A DNA stretch of 63,894 nucleotides, filler included, from Octopus bimaculoides (GCF_001194135.2; 6 parts of 6 records of this genome joined end to end with filler, not necessarily neighbours in it), one strand, 5' to 3'; positions 1 to 12,472 are shown, numbered from the whole stretch's first letter. Notes: generated from the sequence alone by a model not told the origin. Program-made: numbers and translations.

Positions 1-3000
1 GCACACACGCGCACACGTACATTCATATATACATACATATATAGAAATACATATATATATGCTAATTAAAGTTCAGAACCTTAGGTCAGGCTGTAAAACA
101 TGGTGAATGTTCTTATTTTTCATTCCCTTTGAAATTGCTCTTAACTGTGGCTGGGACTTTTTGACTGTTCCTTCTAGTATGTAAAGCGACCTGTTTAAAT
201 GTACACTAATTCATATATATAAAGAGATAGATACATAGATAGATAGATAACATCATATTAAGCACGTCACCGCATACCCGCACAAAGTGAATATTTAAAA
301 TACGCATTACATTTTACTGACATACCTTAATTTAATCGTTCGTGTTAAAATAGATGTTACTTCACTTCAAGTCTATCTTATATAGATGATATAAAACGTC
401 TCACCTTTAATAAAAGAAGACATACCATAACTTCGCCATTAATTGTTAAGTGAAAAATAACTTTTCTAATCTTACATTTATTTATTTAAATCTGAGTTTA
501 GATCGAAAGAAGCCTCCATTATTAATGTTTCATAATTTAAATTTTTTTCCACAAGTAGATTTTTAATTGAATTTCAAATATATATTGTCAATATAATGGC
601 GTAATATCCATACCGTGATAATGATAATGATGATGACGAAGCAGAATGGAAGGCAACGATAATTATAATTAGCTTAAAAACTACTCATGCTTTCCCTTCT
701 TTATTTTTAGATCTCGTTGCGAGAATATTCAGTATTCAGTTCGCTATATGCTAGAATATTACCAATGAATATTCGCGATTTGCTAGAATATTACACATAT
801 AATAAAAAAAATCTAACTTGCCATTACTTTGCCTAGAAATAGCTCCAGTAATAACTCCATCTCTTCGCGCCTTCTTCTTTGAGGCTATCCAGCACTATAA
901 ATTCAGTATGCCTTGGCCACTTGACGGAGAGCATTGACGGAAACCATAGCAAACTGTCAACTGAGATGGCGAACCGCTGGTAAAAAAATAATTACCAGTG
1001 ACAGCAACACAATGAGCAGCAGATAACATTTTGACTGTTACTATTATTGCACAAAGAATAATATCTTACTCTGGTTTGAAAGTGTCGATTAATTTCAACT
1101 AACACTATCAAACTCTCTCGACCTTTCGTCGTTTGTAGTAATGACGTGTGCTTTTGTGTACGAGAAGAACAAAACTTTTGCTTATTAAAAATCCAAATAG
1201 ATTTCAGTCTTCTTCGTACAACTGGTAACCTCCGATGGTAGAAATAGAAGTCGATACTAGTTACAAGTCATGAGTGACTTGGACGTTTAAAGAATATTTC
1301 GCAGCCTCGTCTTCGTACAAGTGGTGACTCAGCTTGCCAGCACATTACGAATTGAAATGAACAACGCCGATATGTCATTTAGGAAATTCGCTCTCTGGGC
1401 AACTTTTCCCTATTGTACCCTCAGCGTGCCGTCTAAATTTCTGTTGTCGATACACTGGTGATTATGTACCAAGCACACTTCTCAGGGCATCAAACCTTTT
1501 CAGCAACACAGACGTGATGCCAGTATGCTACCTGTAACATCATTAATATCAGCACATTTTACCACTGATGTCTCCATCTGCTCCAGGGACAAGGAGATAA
1601 GTCAACATGTGTTTTCTCCAGTGATGTACAAAAAAAGACTTTTCTTCATAAAGATTTCTTTTCCTACTGCTTCTCTGACAGAGATGTCGGACCGACGCTA
1701 AACAGTAAGGATCTGCGACCGCAACTCAACGATCCGCCGCTAACTTTTTGACAGCTGCTACAATTACACCAAGAATAATTACATTCAAACTCTCTCGGCG
1801 CTTTGTTGTTGCTAGTAACGACATTTGTTTTTTTGTTCAGAATAAAATTTTGTTTAATAAAATTCCAAATAGATTTCGTACAATCTATTCCACGTATTTA
1901 GATGTATATTTATCAATTTATCTCTCACTCTACATTCCGTTCTTCATATTCGTTTTCTCATTATTCTTCCACTGAAGTTCCCTTCAAATCTACTCTAACT
2001 TAATTACATTGACAAGCAATTTCCTCACTCCTATTCTCTGCACAGATGCCAGCAACGCAACACGATCCGTTCTTAACACTACTACCACTCTTTCACATTC
2101 TTTACACCCCACCAACCCATGAAAGGTTAATGTTCAGCTACTTAGATGACGAATCCTACAAACGACCTTCGCAATCATGTACATTTCTGAACAGATTAAG
2201 AACTTTTAACACACACGCGCATAAAAATCAGTATGTTTATATATATATATATATAAACATAATTAAGGGATCAGCAAATATTTGCTTCACCACATACCGA
2301 AGTTCAGAAATAGCAGCTAAAAAAGCTGAGACTCCAACAGAGAGCATTACTTGTAACTCACAAAGGCAAAAACAAGAAGAAAAAACAAATGAAAACTAAC
2401 CATTCGAAGTTAATCATAGACGCGTTCCTGGATTATGAGCGATAATACNNNNNNNNNNNNNNNNNNNNNNNNNNNNNNNNNNNNNNNNNNNNNNNNNNNN
2501 NNNNNNNNNNNNNNNNNNNNNNNNNNNNNNNNNNNNNNNNNNNNNNNNNNNNNNNNNNNNNNNNNNNNNNNNNNNNNNNNNNNNNNNNNNNNNNNNNNNN
2601 NNNNNNNNNNNNNNNNNNNNNNNNNNNNNNNNNNNNNNNNNNNNNNNNNNNNNNNNNNNNNNNNNNNNNNNNNNNNNNNNNNNNNNNNNNNNNNNNNNNN
2701 NNNNNNNNNNNNNNNNNNNNNNNNNNNNNNNNNNNNNNNNNNNNNNNNNNNNNNNNNNNNNNNNNNNNNNNNNNNNNNNNNNNNNNNNNNNNNNNNNNNN
2801 NNNNNNNNNNNNNNNNNNNNNNNNNNNNNNNNNNNNNNNNNNNNNNNNNNNNNNNNNNNNNNNNNNNNNNNNNNNNNNNNNNNNNNNNNNNNNNNNNNNN
2901 NNNNNNNNNNNNNNNNNNNNNNNNNNNNNNNNNNNNNNNNNNNNNNNNNNNNNNNNNNNNNNNNNNNNNNNNNNNNNNNNNNNNNNNNNNNNNNNNNNNN

Positions 3001-4896
3001 NNNNNNNNNNNNNNNNNNNNNNNNNNNNNNNNNNNNNNNNNNNNNNNNNNNNNNNNNNNNNNNNNNNNNNNNNNNNNNNNNNNNNNNNNNNNNNNNNNNN
3101 NNNNNNNNNNNNNNNNNNNNNNNNNNNNNNNNNNNNNNNNNNNNNNNNNNNNNNNNNNNNNNNNNNNNNNNNNNNNNNNNNNNNNNNNNNNNNNNNNNNN
3201 NNNNNNNNNNNNNNNNNNNNNNNNNATGTGTGTATATATGTACAGGGTGTCCCACAAATCTATATACACACATTGAATGATTATAAAGTGACTAATTATT
3301 AATTAGTAAAAGTAATTAACTGAATTTTTGTAACTATTTATTTTGTTCTTAAGATCGCTGCATGTTGCAGACCGATATGTCATAGAAGAGAGATGGACAC
3401 AAGAAAATGCCTTCTTTAATTTTAAAGGTGAAACTACCTGGAAAAGTGGTACTCAGTTGGAATTCCGTATTAGTAATTGAGTTGCTATACACTGCCTAAA
3501 CAAACTATTACTTACGTAATTGTTTATTTCTTTCAAGTTTCTACAGCACGCTTGTTCTAGGATCTGTAAAACCTTGATAATTGATATATTTCTTTTGTAG
3601 AGAAATAATAAATTTGTCAACTCAGGTTCAGATATTCGAACATGTAGTTTAACAACAAGTATTTTAAATATCTTTACAAAAGGAACTAAGTGATGCTACT
3701 GCAGATAATGAGTGCATGACATATCAGAAAATGAAAATGATGTATCGACAAAGTTTAATAAATTCATGTGATAATTAAAATTTTGTGCTTTCTTTTACTG
3801 AATGATTGAATATTTTGCAACTCAAGAAAATATTAATTCGTCTAATAAAAGAAATTAAAATTTCGCATATATAATTAATTAGTATTTTGTGTAGTTTTAC
3901 GTATCCATTCTTTTACAATTGTTCTATAGATTTTTTTTTTTTTTTTGAATTGGTATAAAAGTATATTAATTATGTAAATAGAGAATACGATATTTCTTTT
4001 TCGTTTTAGTTCCATGCAGATTTCATTTTCTTTCAAGATTTATGCTAATGTGTATCTCTATGTGCATAATTCTAGTTTTGATTACTTCATTTGCAATGTA
4101 TTGAAATACATTAAAGTTATTTGCAAAATTCCCAAAGAAATTAATCTTTAGACAAAAGATAAAATAAGTGTGGAATTGTGTAATGTTAGATACTTTTGTT
4201 TTGTTTTTTTTTTGTTTTCATAAATTGGGATGATATATAAATAATGCATTAGTGTTAAAATATGTTATATACAGCAGAATTGTCTTGATGTCAGCATAGA
4301 AAGTTAAGATAAGATGTCAGTTGACATACAATTATGAATTATACTTTAAAATATTTAGAATTCCTGGTCTATAAAACATGCGTCTCATAAAGCAAAATAT
4401 TTGCGTATTGAACTGTTTGTGATAAATTATGGTTGAAATTGAGAAAAAAAAGAACAAATGGCATTTGCAGGGGGAATGAAATTTATTTTCATATCTAAAC
4501 TTATATGTTTTACTTATTTAATTGTGGTTCATGAAATAGGCGACATTTTTCAGAATTTTTCATATAATTAGTGTGCAAAACATGCTTTTGACGAATAAAA
4601 CTTACTTGTAGGGTGATAAAATTTATGCACATAAGTAATCTTTACTTGTTGCTAAACACCTGATGTGAGTGTATTGTGGAACCAAAAATTCGGTCCTTTA
4701 ACAGTGTCCATGATAATAACTGAAAGGTTTCTAATTTAGAGGAAGACTAACAGTACTGATAAAGCGATTACATTGACCCCAGTATTAGGCGCATACGCTG
4801 TTTTATCGAACCCAGAGTGAATAGAAAAAGATAACGCGAGGCATTTTGTTCAACGATTAACACTTATGCATTCCAGGAAATTAATATAAATATTCG

Positions 4897-5040
4897 TTTC
4901 AATTTTGGCAGAAGGCCAGCATTTTTTAGGGGAGGGGGCTAAGTCAATTCAAACAACTTCCGTGCTCAACTGGTACATATTTTATCGACCCGAAAGAATG
5001 AAAGGCAAAGTCTACCTCGGCGAATTTTTAAAACTGAAAT
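4897..5040 (-). mobile_element. SINE family A, 5'-truncated (B-box region, central domain and tail)
   Basis: Reverse complement ...aattcgccgaggtagactttgcctttcattctttcgggtcgataaaatatgtaccagttgagcac... matches the full copies at 12256, 13006 and 35804. Confidence 0.85.
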
Positions 5041-5158
5041 GCTTACAGCAACTAGGTTTCTCAAGCGGTCACCCGTTTAAGTAGTAATTAGGATCTGCGT
5101 AGCTTAACTTCGGTGACTGGACGAGAACCGATGTATTCCACATGTTATAGCTGTAAGT
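5041..5158 (-). pseudogene. Degenerate full-length 5S rRNA copy
   Basis: Aligns without large gaps to the reverse complement of invertebrate 5S rRNA (gcggtcaccc, aagta.taa, gcttaacttcggtga, ggacgagaaccg). Many substitutions, including in the internal control region. Confidence 0.85.
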
Positions 5159-5415
5159 AAAGTAATACTAACATTAATAAGTTATCATAATTTCAGGAAC
5201 GGCTATAATTGACCTTCACTATACAACTATCACAATATCTGACGTGGATATCTTATTAAGTCTACAAGAAATTATGAACATCAAAATTACGACCAACACC
5301 ATTTGAACTTAGTAAAAGTTTTAAAGTAAATATCATAATACACATCATTATTGTCATGAGTATTTAAGACCGTCAGAGATTGGAAACATAGCATTTGTTG
5401 AAGATGAAGAGGTAC

Positions 5416-5538
5416 TAGATGTATATTATTCATATATAGAGATATAGGTATTAGATGTATATTATTAATATATAGAGCTTTTAGATGTATATTATTCATA
5501 TATAAAGTGGTATTAGATTTATATTATTCATATACAGA
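5416..5538. repeat. Minisatellite, 4 copies of TAGATGTATATTATTCATATATA plus short variable spacers
   Basis: Unit starts at 5416, 5452, 5482 and 5514 (period 30-36 bp). Confidence 0.85.
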
Positions 5539-5934
5539 GAACGAAAATTTGACCGTATGCATTTTATTCATGTGGAACATTGAATGTGTCAAAGCCTGTT
5601 TCTATCATTGTTTGGCTAACAATGTGTCATATGACACCTTTTGAGTTTATTGTATTGATATTAACTACTGGTCCTTAAATTGCCAATAATATTCAGTGCC
5701 ACGTACGCGTGAGTTTGAGGAGAGTGTGCGTTTGCGTGAAGGGGATGTTAGTGGACCGATTGAGCACAATGACAGCACAGGCCAATATGACAAGCTTTGT
5801 ATAATGAGAATAAAACATTGGATGGTCGCTATTCCTACCTTCAAAGGCACCTCTGCTTATTACACATAATCATTTCGTGAAGTCAACAGTATCTATAACT
5901 GGTACAAATTTTCAGTTCAGTGATCTTCAACAAT

Positions 5935-5982
5935 CTGATAAGGTCAGAATTCGCAATCCGGTCCGAAAATGGGATACCCGTC
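5935..5982 (+). ncRNA. Degenerate hammerhead-ribozyme-like motif
   Basis: CTGATAA-GG...CC-GAAA-ATGGG-ATA-CCCGT-C. Stem III and the GUC site are intact; core G8>A, and stems I and II are poor. Confidence 0.35.
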
Positions 5983-6166
5983 TTTACGTATATTTAGACC
6001 AAAACCCTAATGATTAAACTATATGTCTTGGACTTAAACGCATTAACTTGAATTTTAAACATTTACCCTCAGTTTCTCAATCATATTCTCTCGTTCAACA
6101 ATCATATTATGAAGAAATATATACTAATCATTTTATAAATGTACTTTCACCTACAACTACTTTACT

Positions 6167-6223
<57 letters not shown>

Positions 6224-6904
6224 TGTGTGTGTGCGCGTATATAATGTATTACGTATATTCGCGTGTTTATTTTTAATGTTCAATAGGTCTTTCTTTATTA
6301 CTGTGCAATGCACTTTGTCAAACTGTATTTCTAACTAACGATCAGTAGTTGAAAAGGCAGCTCATTTCCGAATGATGACTGTAACTATTATTTGCCAAAC
6401 TGCAACACGATTCAATAATTTAGATGTAATTAGTATTCTAGAGATCAACATGCATGTATGTTAGCTGCACAAGTTGTGATATCGCTTACAGTAAAGAGAG
6501 CCAATGGACTGAACAAATTAATTGCCATACGATTCCACTCGTTAATGTTAATTCAAATATTAGCTTGTATTTTATATACAGGCAGTTCGTAAGATACCGC
6601 TCCACATTTTCTTTTCGCAAACACTGATCAGGATTTTGAAAATCGTATCATTTCAATTTTGGTTATATTTGTCACTGTATTTGTAGTTTTGATTTAATAT
6701 TCATGTATATGTGTATGAGTGGGTGTGCGTGTGTACATATCTAAATTTCAAAGTGCAGACACAAACACACATATCTAATTATACAGGCATACTTAAGGAA
6801 ATATGCGTGTGTTTGCGCGCCTGTGTATGTGCATGTAAGTGTGACTTGCCGGATAGCTGGTTGGTTGGTTGGTTGGTTGTGTATATACTTTGTCGTGTAG
6901 TCAA

Positions 6905-7041
6905 TATATTCAAAATATACCCCTCTCAGATTCACACACTTATTGCAGAGGCCCTTCACTGTTTTCTAGACCCTGTAAAAGAACTCGGAAGGTTGGGCCT
7001 CTAACAGGACTTGAGCAATACCCTTAAAGCCAGGAACTTTT

Positions 7042-7047
<6 letters not shown>
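6905..7047 (-). mobile_element. Non-autonomous mariner-type element, one TIR missing
   Basis: TIR (tgctgaaaagttcctggcttt) plus the transposase C-terminal remnant LCNKCVNLRGVYFE; same family as 58592-58818. Confidence 0.75.
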
Positions 7048-7078
<31 letters not shown>

Positions 7079-7159
7079 NNNNNNNNNNNNNNNNNNNNNN
7101 NNNNNNNNNNNNNNNNNNNNNNNNNNNNNNNNNNNNNNNNNNNNNNNNNNNNNNNNNNN

Positions 7160-7209
<50 letters not shown>

Positions 7210-7222
7210 GTGTTGATTGATT

Positions 7223-7880
7223 GTTATTTTCAAGCAGGTAGACATACTTGGTACGTCTCTTAACTTTAATTCTACAACTATTTAATTTTATTTAATGCTT
7301 TTGGGGCCCTGCAATCGCATATATTATTGATTCTGTCATTATCACTTTTAAATGTTATACTGGATAATAATAGAATCAATAGTATCTTCACAAAAATTTT
7401 CTCCTGCATTATTTGCTCCGTATTGTAACTATTTTCACACACGTGGGTGCCATGATTCGGCACTTGCAGCGCAGACTTCAACCTGACGGGTTGGGGTTCT
7501 CTATCATGGTAACGCGTGCTGAGGAGGTGAGGCTATTATACCAGTCCATAAAGCGGTCCACGTGAGTCCAAATACTTGAATGTATGTTGAGATATTTCAT
7601 TAGCCCCTTTGCTTTCCAAAGTTTGATTTCTGTAGTTATTATAAGTGTATTCTGACGATTTCAAGAAGAGTGTGCCTGTTATTTCCAGCATGTAGACATA
7701 TTTAGTAGGTCATTTGAGTAACGTGAATTCTTCAGCTACTTAATGCTTCTTTTGGGCCTGCAATCACCTATATTATTGATTCTGTTATTACCATTTTTAA
7801 TTTTAACACTAAACTAAATAATAATGGAGTCACTAATATCTTTGCAAATATCTTCTTGTGAATTTTTTGCTCCGTATTGA
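7223..7880 (-). mobile_element. Penelope-like element 3' relic (Cys linker plus GIY-YIG endonuclease), about 1.45 tandem copies of a ~455-bp unit
   Basis: Minus-strand translation fragments SYNT, NNRINNI(C/G)DCR, KYVYMLEITG, YNNYRN, ESKGANEISQH and CKCR. 7223-7428 repeats 7678-7880 with divergence. Confidence 0.65.
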
Positions 7881-7982
7881 AAGCATATATNNNNNNNNNN
7901 NNNNNNNNNNNNNNNNNNNNNNNNNNNNNNNNNNNNNNNNNNNNNNNNNNNNNNNNNNNNNNNNNNNNNNNNNNNNNNNNNN

Positions 7983-8033
<51 letters not shown>

Positions 8034-8283
8034 CACAAAATATTAGATCGGCCAGAACGCCCGTCCTGTTATTTTTACACTAAAATTCAAGCACTTTAAT
8101 AAGTAGTTAACTTCAGTCTCTTCGTTGTGACTCTTTAGATACTTGGCACTACTAGGTAATTATATACGAACTTGCAATTTGTATATTGGGGGTGGGGTCA
8201 CCAACAAAACCAAATATTACCAACAGCTTATGCTTCTGCAAACTCAATATTTGGAATCAAATGTAGTACATCGCAACAAATGA

Positions 8284-8780
8284 TCATGGGGCATGCACTG
8301 TGAAACACCACAAACAAACTTCAAAACAGGATTTCACCCGAAGAAGGCAATGCTTTCAATTTGATGAGGCTGGAAAGGTGTTGTCTTCTACGAGTTACCC
8401 CACGGTGAGGGGCCATTAATTCAGATATGTATTGTGAACAGCTGTGATCCTTCAAAAGCGTCTACCACTCGCTAATCCTCAGAGCATTGTCTTCCATCAC
8501 GACAATAACAGACTGCATACTTCTTTGAAGACATAGTCGAAGTTATGAGGCTTGGCTGGGACGTTTTGCAGCTGCCTCCGTATTCGTCTGACCGGGTGCC
8601 AGTAGATTTCCACCTCTTTCTGTTTCTTGAAATTCCAGTGGTCAAACCTTCAACACTGAAGAGGATGTAAAATTTAACCTGAAAAGGGTCTTTGCAAGTA
8701 AATACAGGAAATTCTTTGAGCGGGAATGATAGATCTTCTCACAAGATGGCAAAAGATGAAGAAAATCGCCTAGTATTTAA
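8284..8780 (+). mobile_element. Mariner (DD34D) transposase pseudogene fragment
   Basis: Across stops and frameshifts: FHPKKAMLSI**GWKGVVFYEL, INSDMYCEQL, IVFHHDNNRLHTSL, LGWDVLQLPPYSSDRVPVDFHLF, DLLTRWQK. Confidence 0.85.
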
Positions 8781-8950
8781 AACATGGGTCTTATTTACGT
8801 TTACGAAACATGAGCAGATGTTTAGCCAAAACAGTATATATATCATGAAGACAAAACTTAATATTCTGTTAAGTGGAAGATGATGAAGGTTTTATCAGAA
8901 ACAAACATTTGTAAAATATGTAATTCTTAAATGCACCAAGAGAAATGAAT

Positions 8951-8981
<31 letters not shown>

Positions 8982-9029
8982 TGTTTGTAATGTACAGACT
9001 TGTGATAAAATAAAAATTCAACAAAAAAG

Positions 9030-9674
9030 TCCACGCCATCTGCTGAGAGATAAATAATATTTTTTTAAAGGTTACAAAGCGCTAGTAATAGTTTCATATG
9101 TTGAGAACATTCAAACATAATCTTCTGGCGCAAGCTACATATCATTACGAACTAAAGAAATTGAATAATAAAAGAAATAGGAAACAAACTGAGAAGGCAG
9201 CATATAGAAAACGCAGACAGTAAACGACGGAAAACGGAAAATGAAAAGCGATTTTTAAATTCACCGTCACGTAATCCGATATAGGATTGTTACTGCAACC
9301 CTAAATAATAATACAAATGATAAGAAGACTTATATTGCATTATGTGAAGGCGAATTTAAAAATCGCTATGTCAATAACGTAGCCTCTTTCCGACGGAGGG
9401 ACAAAAGTAAACTAATAACTGGGCTAGCTACGTATGAACTTTGAAAGATAATAAAACGCCGCTCGTGATTGAAGGCAATGTAATCGAGAAATCCATGCCT
9501 TATGGGAATGGATGGATTAAATGTAGTCTTTCTTTGGCTCAAAGAGAGCAGATCCTATTCAAATTTAAGATCCCTATCCCTCTATTGAACTCCAGGTCAG
9601 AAACTTTCAATAGTTACATGCATATATATAAATATACTTTGAAGAAATGGAAAATTCCACCTATTCCTGATTGA
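9030..9674 (+). mobile_element. Penelope-like element GIY-YIG endonuclease relic
   Basis: KKTYIALCEGEFKNRYVNNVASF, then a frameshift, then LKDNKTPLVIEGNVIEKSMPYGNGWIKCSLSL...LLNSRSETFN (ORF 9441-9674). Matches the PLE C-terminal pattern YIG/FKxRYxNH/PY/CxLC/LNxRSE. Confidence 0.8.
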
Positions 9675-10487
9675 CTTCATGTCTTTCCAGCTTCATAATT
9701 TAAGGTCTAAGCAGGATAGCTCTTTTCTATTTTTAAATTTTATTTTTTATATTTCAGTTTCTGGTTTTCGTTTTCCATTTCCGCTCTTCGTTTTCCGCTG
9801 TTTACTGCCTATGTTTTCTATATGCTGCCTTCTCAGTGTTTTCGTGTGTCTTTTATTATTCAATTTCTCTAGTTCGTTAGGATATGTGGCTTGCGCTCAA
9901 AGAAAATGTTTATTATATATATATATATATGATACAAATGATATGTAGGCATCTGCATGTATACATACATATATATACATACATACATCTACATGTATAT
10001 ATAGATGCATAATCTGGTACAGGACGTTAGAAAAATGAACGGGAACATAAAAACAAAACGGACTTTGTTTACAGACAACAGAACGAACACATAGGAAAAC
10101 AAACAAGCCACTTATGCAATTATTCCTTCATCAACTGCCTCTATTCTAAAACTAGGCGTTTCGAAGAAAAGGCAGGACGCACTCTTAGATTAGTTTCTTC
10201 CTGAGTCGTGGATCAACCCACTAAACAGAGGATTCGAAGGTAGCAAACACAAACCGAGAGAGGAAAAAATGGACAGTGAAAAAAACATTAAAAAGCCGTA
10301 GGGCCAAACGCGATGGGATATTGAACACTAATGATATGACAAAGCCGGACGGAGAAATAGTAGGTTCGTCTCGCCTTTATGCTGGCTGGGGTCAGAAAGA
10401 GATAAGTGACCACAAGTCACATGTGAGCAGAGAGGAGTGCTAGAGGGAGGAACTGGAACAAAGGTGGGCGACGACAGACAGGGAGGA

Positions 10488-10524
<37 letters not shown>

Positions 10525-10525
<1 letters not shown>

Positions 10526-10578
10526 GCTCCAACATAGTCTCAGTCAAATAACTGAAACAAGTTAAACAATGAAAGAAT
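10525..10578 (+). mobile_element. SINE family B 3' tail fragment
   Basis: tgctccaacatagtctcagtcaaataactgaaacaagttaaacaatgaaagaat matches the tails at 30775 and 37265. Confidence 0.6.
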
Positions 10579-12255
10579 ATATATAAATATATGTGTATAT
10601 ATATATATANNNNNNNNNNNNNNNNNNNNNNNNNNNNNNNNNNNNNNNNNNNNNNNNNNNNNNNNNNNNNNNNNNNNNNNNNNNNNNNNNNNNNNNNNNN
10701 NNNNNNNNNNNNNNNNNNNNNNNNNNNNNNNNNNNNNNNNNNNNNNNNNNNNNNNNNNNNNNNNNNNNNNNNNNNNNNNNNNNNNNNNNNNNNNNNNNNN
10801 NNNNNNNNNNNNNNNNNNNNNNNNNNNNNNNNNNNNNNNNNNNNNNNNNNNNNNNNNNNNNNNNNNNNNNNNNNNNNNNNNNNNNNNNNNNNNNNNNNNN
10901 NNNNNNNNNNNNNNNNNNNNNNNNNNNNNNNNNNNNNNNNNNNNNNNNNNNNNNNNNNNNNNNNNNNNNNNNNNNNNNNNNNNNNNNNNNNNNNNNNNNN
11001 NNNNNNNNNNNNNNNNNNNNNNNNNNNNNNNNNNNNNNNNNNNNNNNNNNNNNNNNNNNNNNNNNNNNNNNNNNNNNNNNNNNNNNNNNNNNNNNNNNNN
11101 NNNNNNNNNNNNNNNNNNNNNNNNNNNNNNNNNNNNNNNNNNNNNNNNNNNNNNNNNNNNNNNNNNNNNNNNNNNNNNNNNNNNNNNNNNNNNNNNNNNN
11201 NNNNNNNNNNNNNNNNNNNNNNNNNNNNNNNNNNNNNNNNNNNNNNNNNNNNNNATATATATATTTCGTGTAATGGTTGGATATAATTATTTCCATTAAT
11301 AATTGGAACTGCATGTGATCGTTAAGTATTATATCATTATTGGGGAAAAATATATACAAAATCATGATAATTTTGGCTTATCACCAGGTTTTTTTCTACT
11401 TAATATCTTTCTAATATTCAGATTGAAATTTTAATATTAGACATTCAATATATCAAATGTTTTGTAGAATGATACATCTATCCAGTAATATCGTGTGAGT
11501 GGTTAGTTATGTGAAAGAGTCTCAAGTTTCAGTATCTGACTGAATAAGGTATTCAAAAAACAATAACAATCGTTGACTTTACATAAAGACATGCGAAATA
11601 AACACTACAGCCAATGAAACGAGGCCCAGCACGTGCATTAAATTTTACCGCGTATTCCCGGGAGAGATGAAAGATAAAGACATTTTATTTGATCTGAACA
11701 CGTACAAACTAAAGAATTATACAATATTTAGCTTCGGTTTCTACAATTTCTACTATTCAATCTGCTTATTCAACAAAGAACATGAGATTCCCTTACATTC
11801 TTTTATTTCGTAGTCCCTACATTGTCCATTGCCTAACATTGGCACTAACTACACACCGTTATCGTTTTGTAGCAATGCAACAGAAAGCAATTTACATGGC
11901 GATCACTAATTACTCTATTATATATGAGCATTAATATAACAACTGCCTTTAGCATCAAATGCAAATATTATCACGTTATCCATGCAACTGTCTCTATTGA
12001 CTAATAAACTAATGACAAATTCAGTCATATTTGAAGTAAACCATTTCTGATGAGGACAAGGTACATTGTTACGTTAAATTAGTATTGGGCTTTCATCTTC
12101 AAGTGAATCTTGGTGTTACACTAATGCATAAAAATCTGACGTTCGTATTTAGTAAGTTTACGCAATTCACATGCTTTTATGTATGCAACAGCATCCGGAA
12201 AACCAGCCTTATGAGCCTATGGCCTGTTAAGGATATTTTATTATTTTATATGTCT

Positions 12256-12472
12256 AAGGCGGCGAGCTGGCAGAAACGTTAGCATGCCTGGCAAAATGCT
12301 TAGCGGTATTTCATCTGTCTTTACATTGTGAGTTCAAATTCTACCGCGTACGACTTTGCCTTTCATCCTTTCGGGGTCTATAAATTAAGTACCAGTTAGG
12401 TAGTGAGGTCGATCAAATCGATTGGCCCTCTCCCCTTAAATTTCGAGCCTTGTGCCGAGAGTAGAAAAGATT
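12256..12472 (+). mobile_element. SINE family A (tRNA-derived head, central domain, tail)
   Basis: A-box-like ggcgagctggcagaa, B-box gagttcaaattc, then gactttgcctttcatcctttcggggtc...aagtaccag. At least 10 copies in the window. Confidence 0.9.

Noticed and set aside
1400-1640. C-terminus of an RLE-type LINE on the minus strand
   Set aside because: Only vague motif similarity across several frames; not enough to call.
3241-3258. Tc1/mariner terminus TACAGGGTGTCCCA (similar TACAGGGTGGCCCA at about 17050)
   Set aside because: An isolated TIR-like start with no partner TIR or transposase sequence visible.
5416-5538. CRISPR-like repeat-spacer array
   Set aside because: Spacers are only 7-13 bp and related to each other, the context is eukaryotic, and there are no cas genes; it is a minisatellite.
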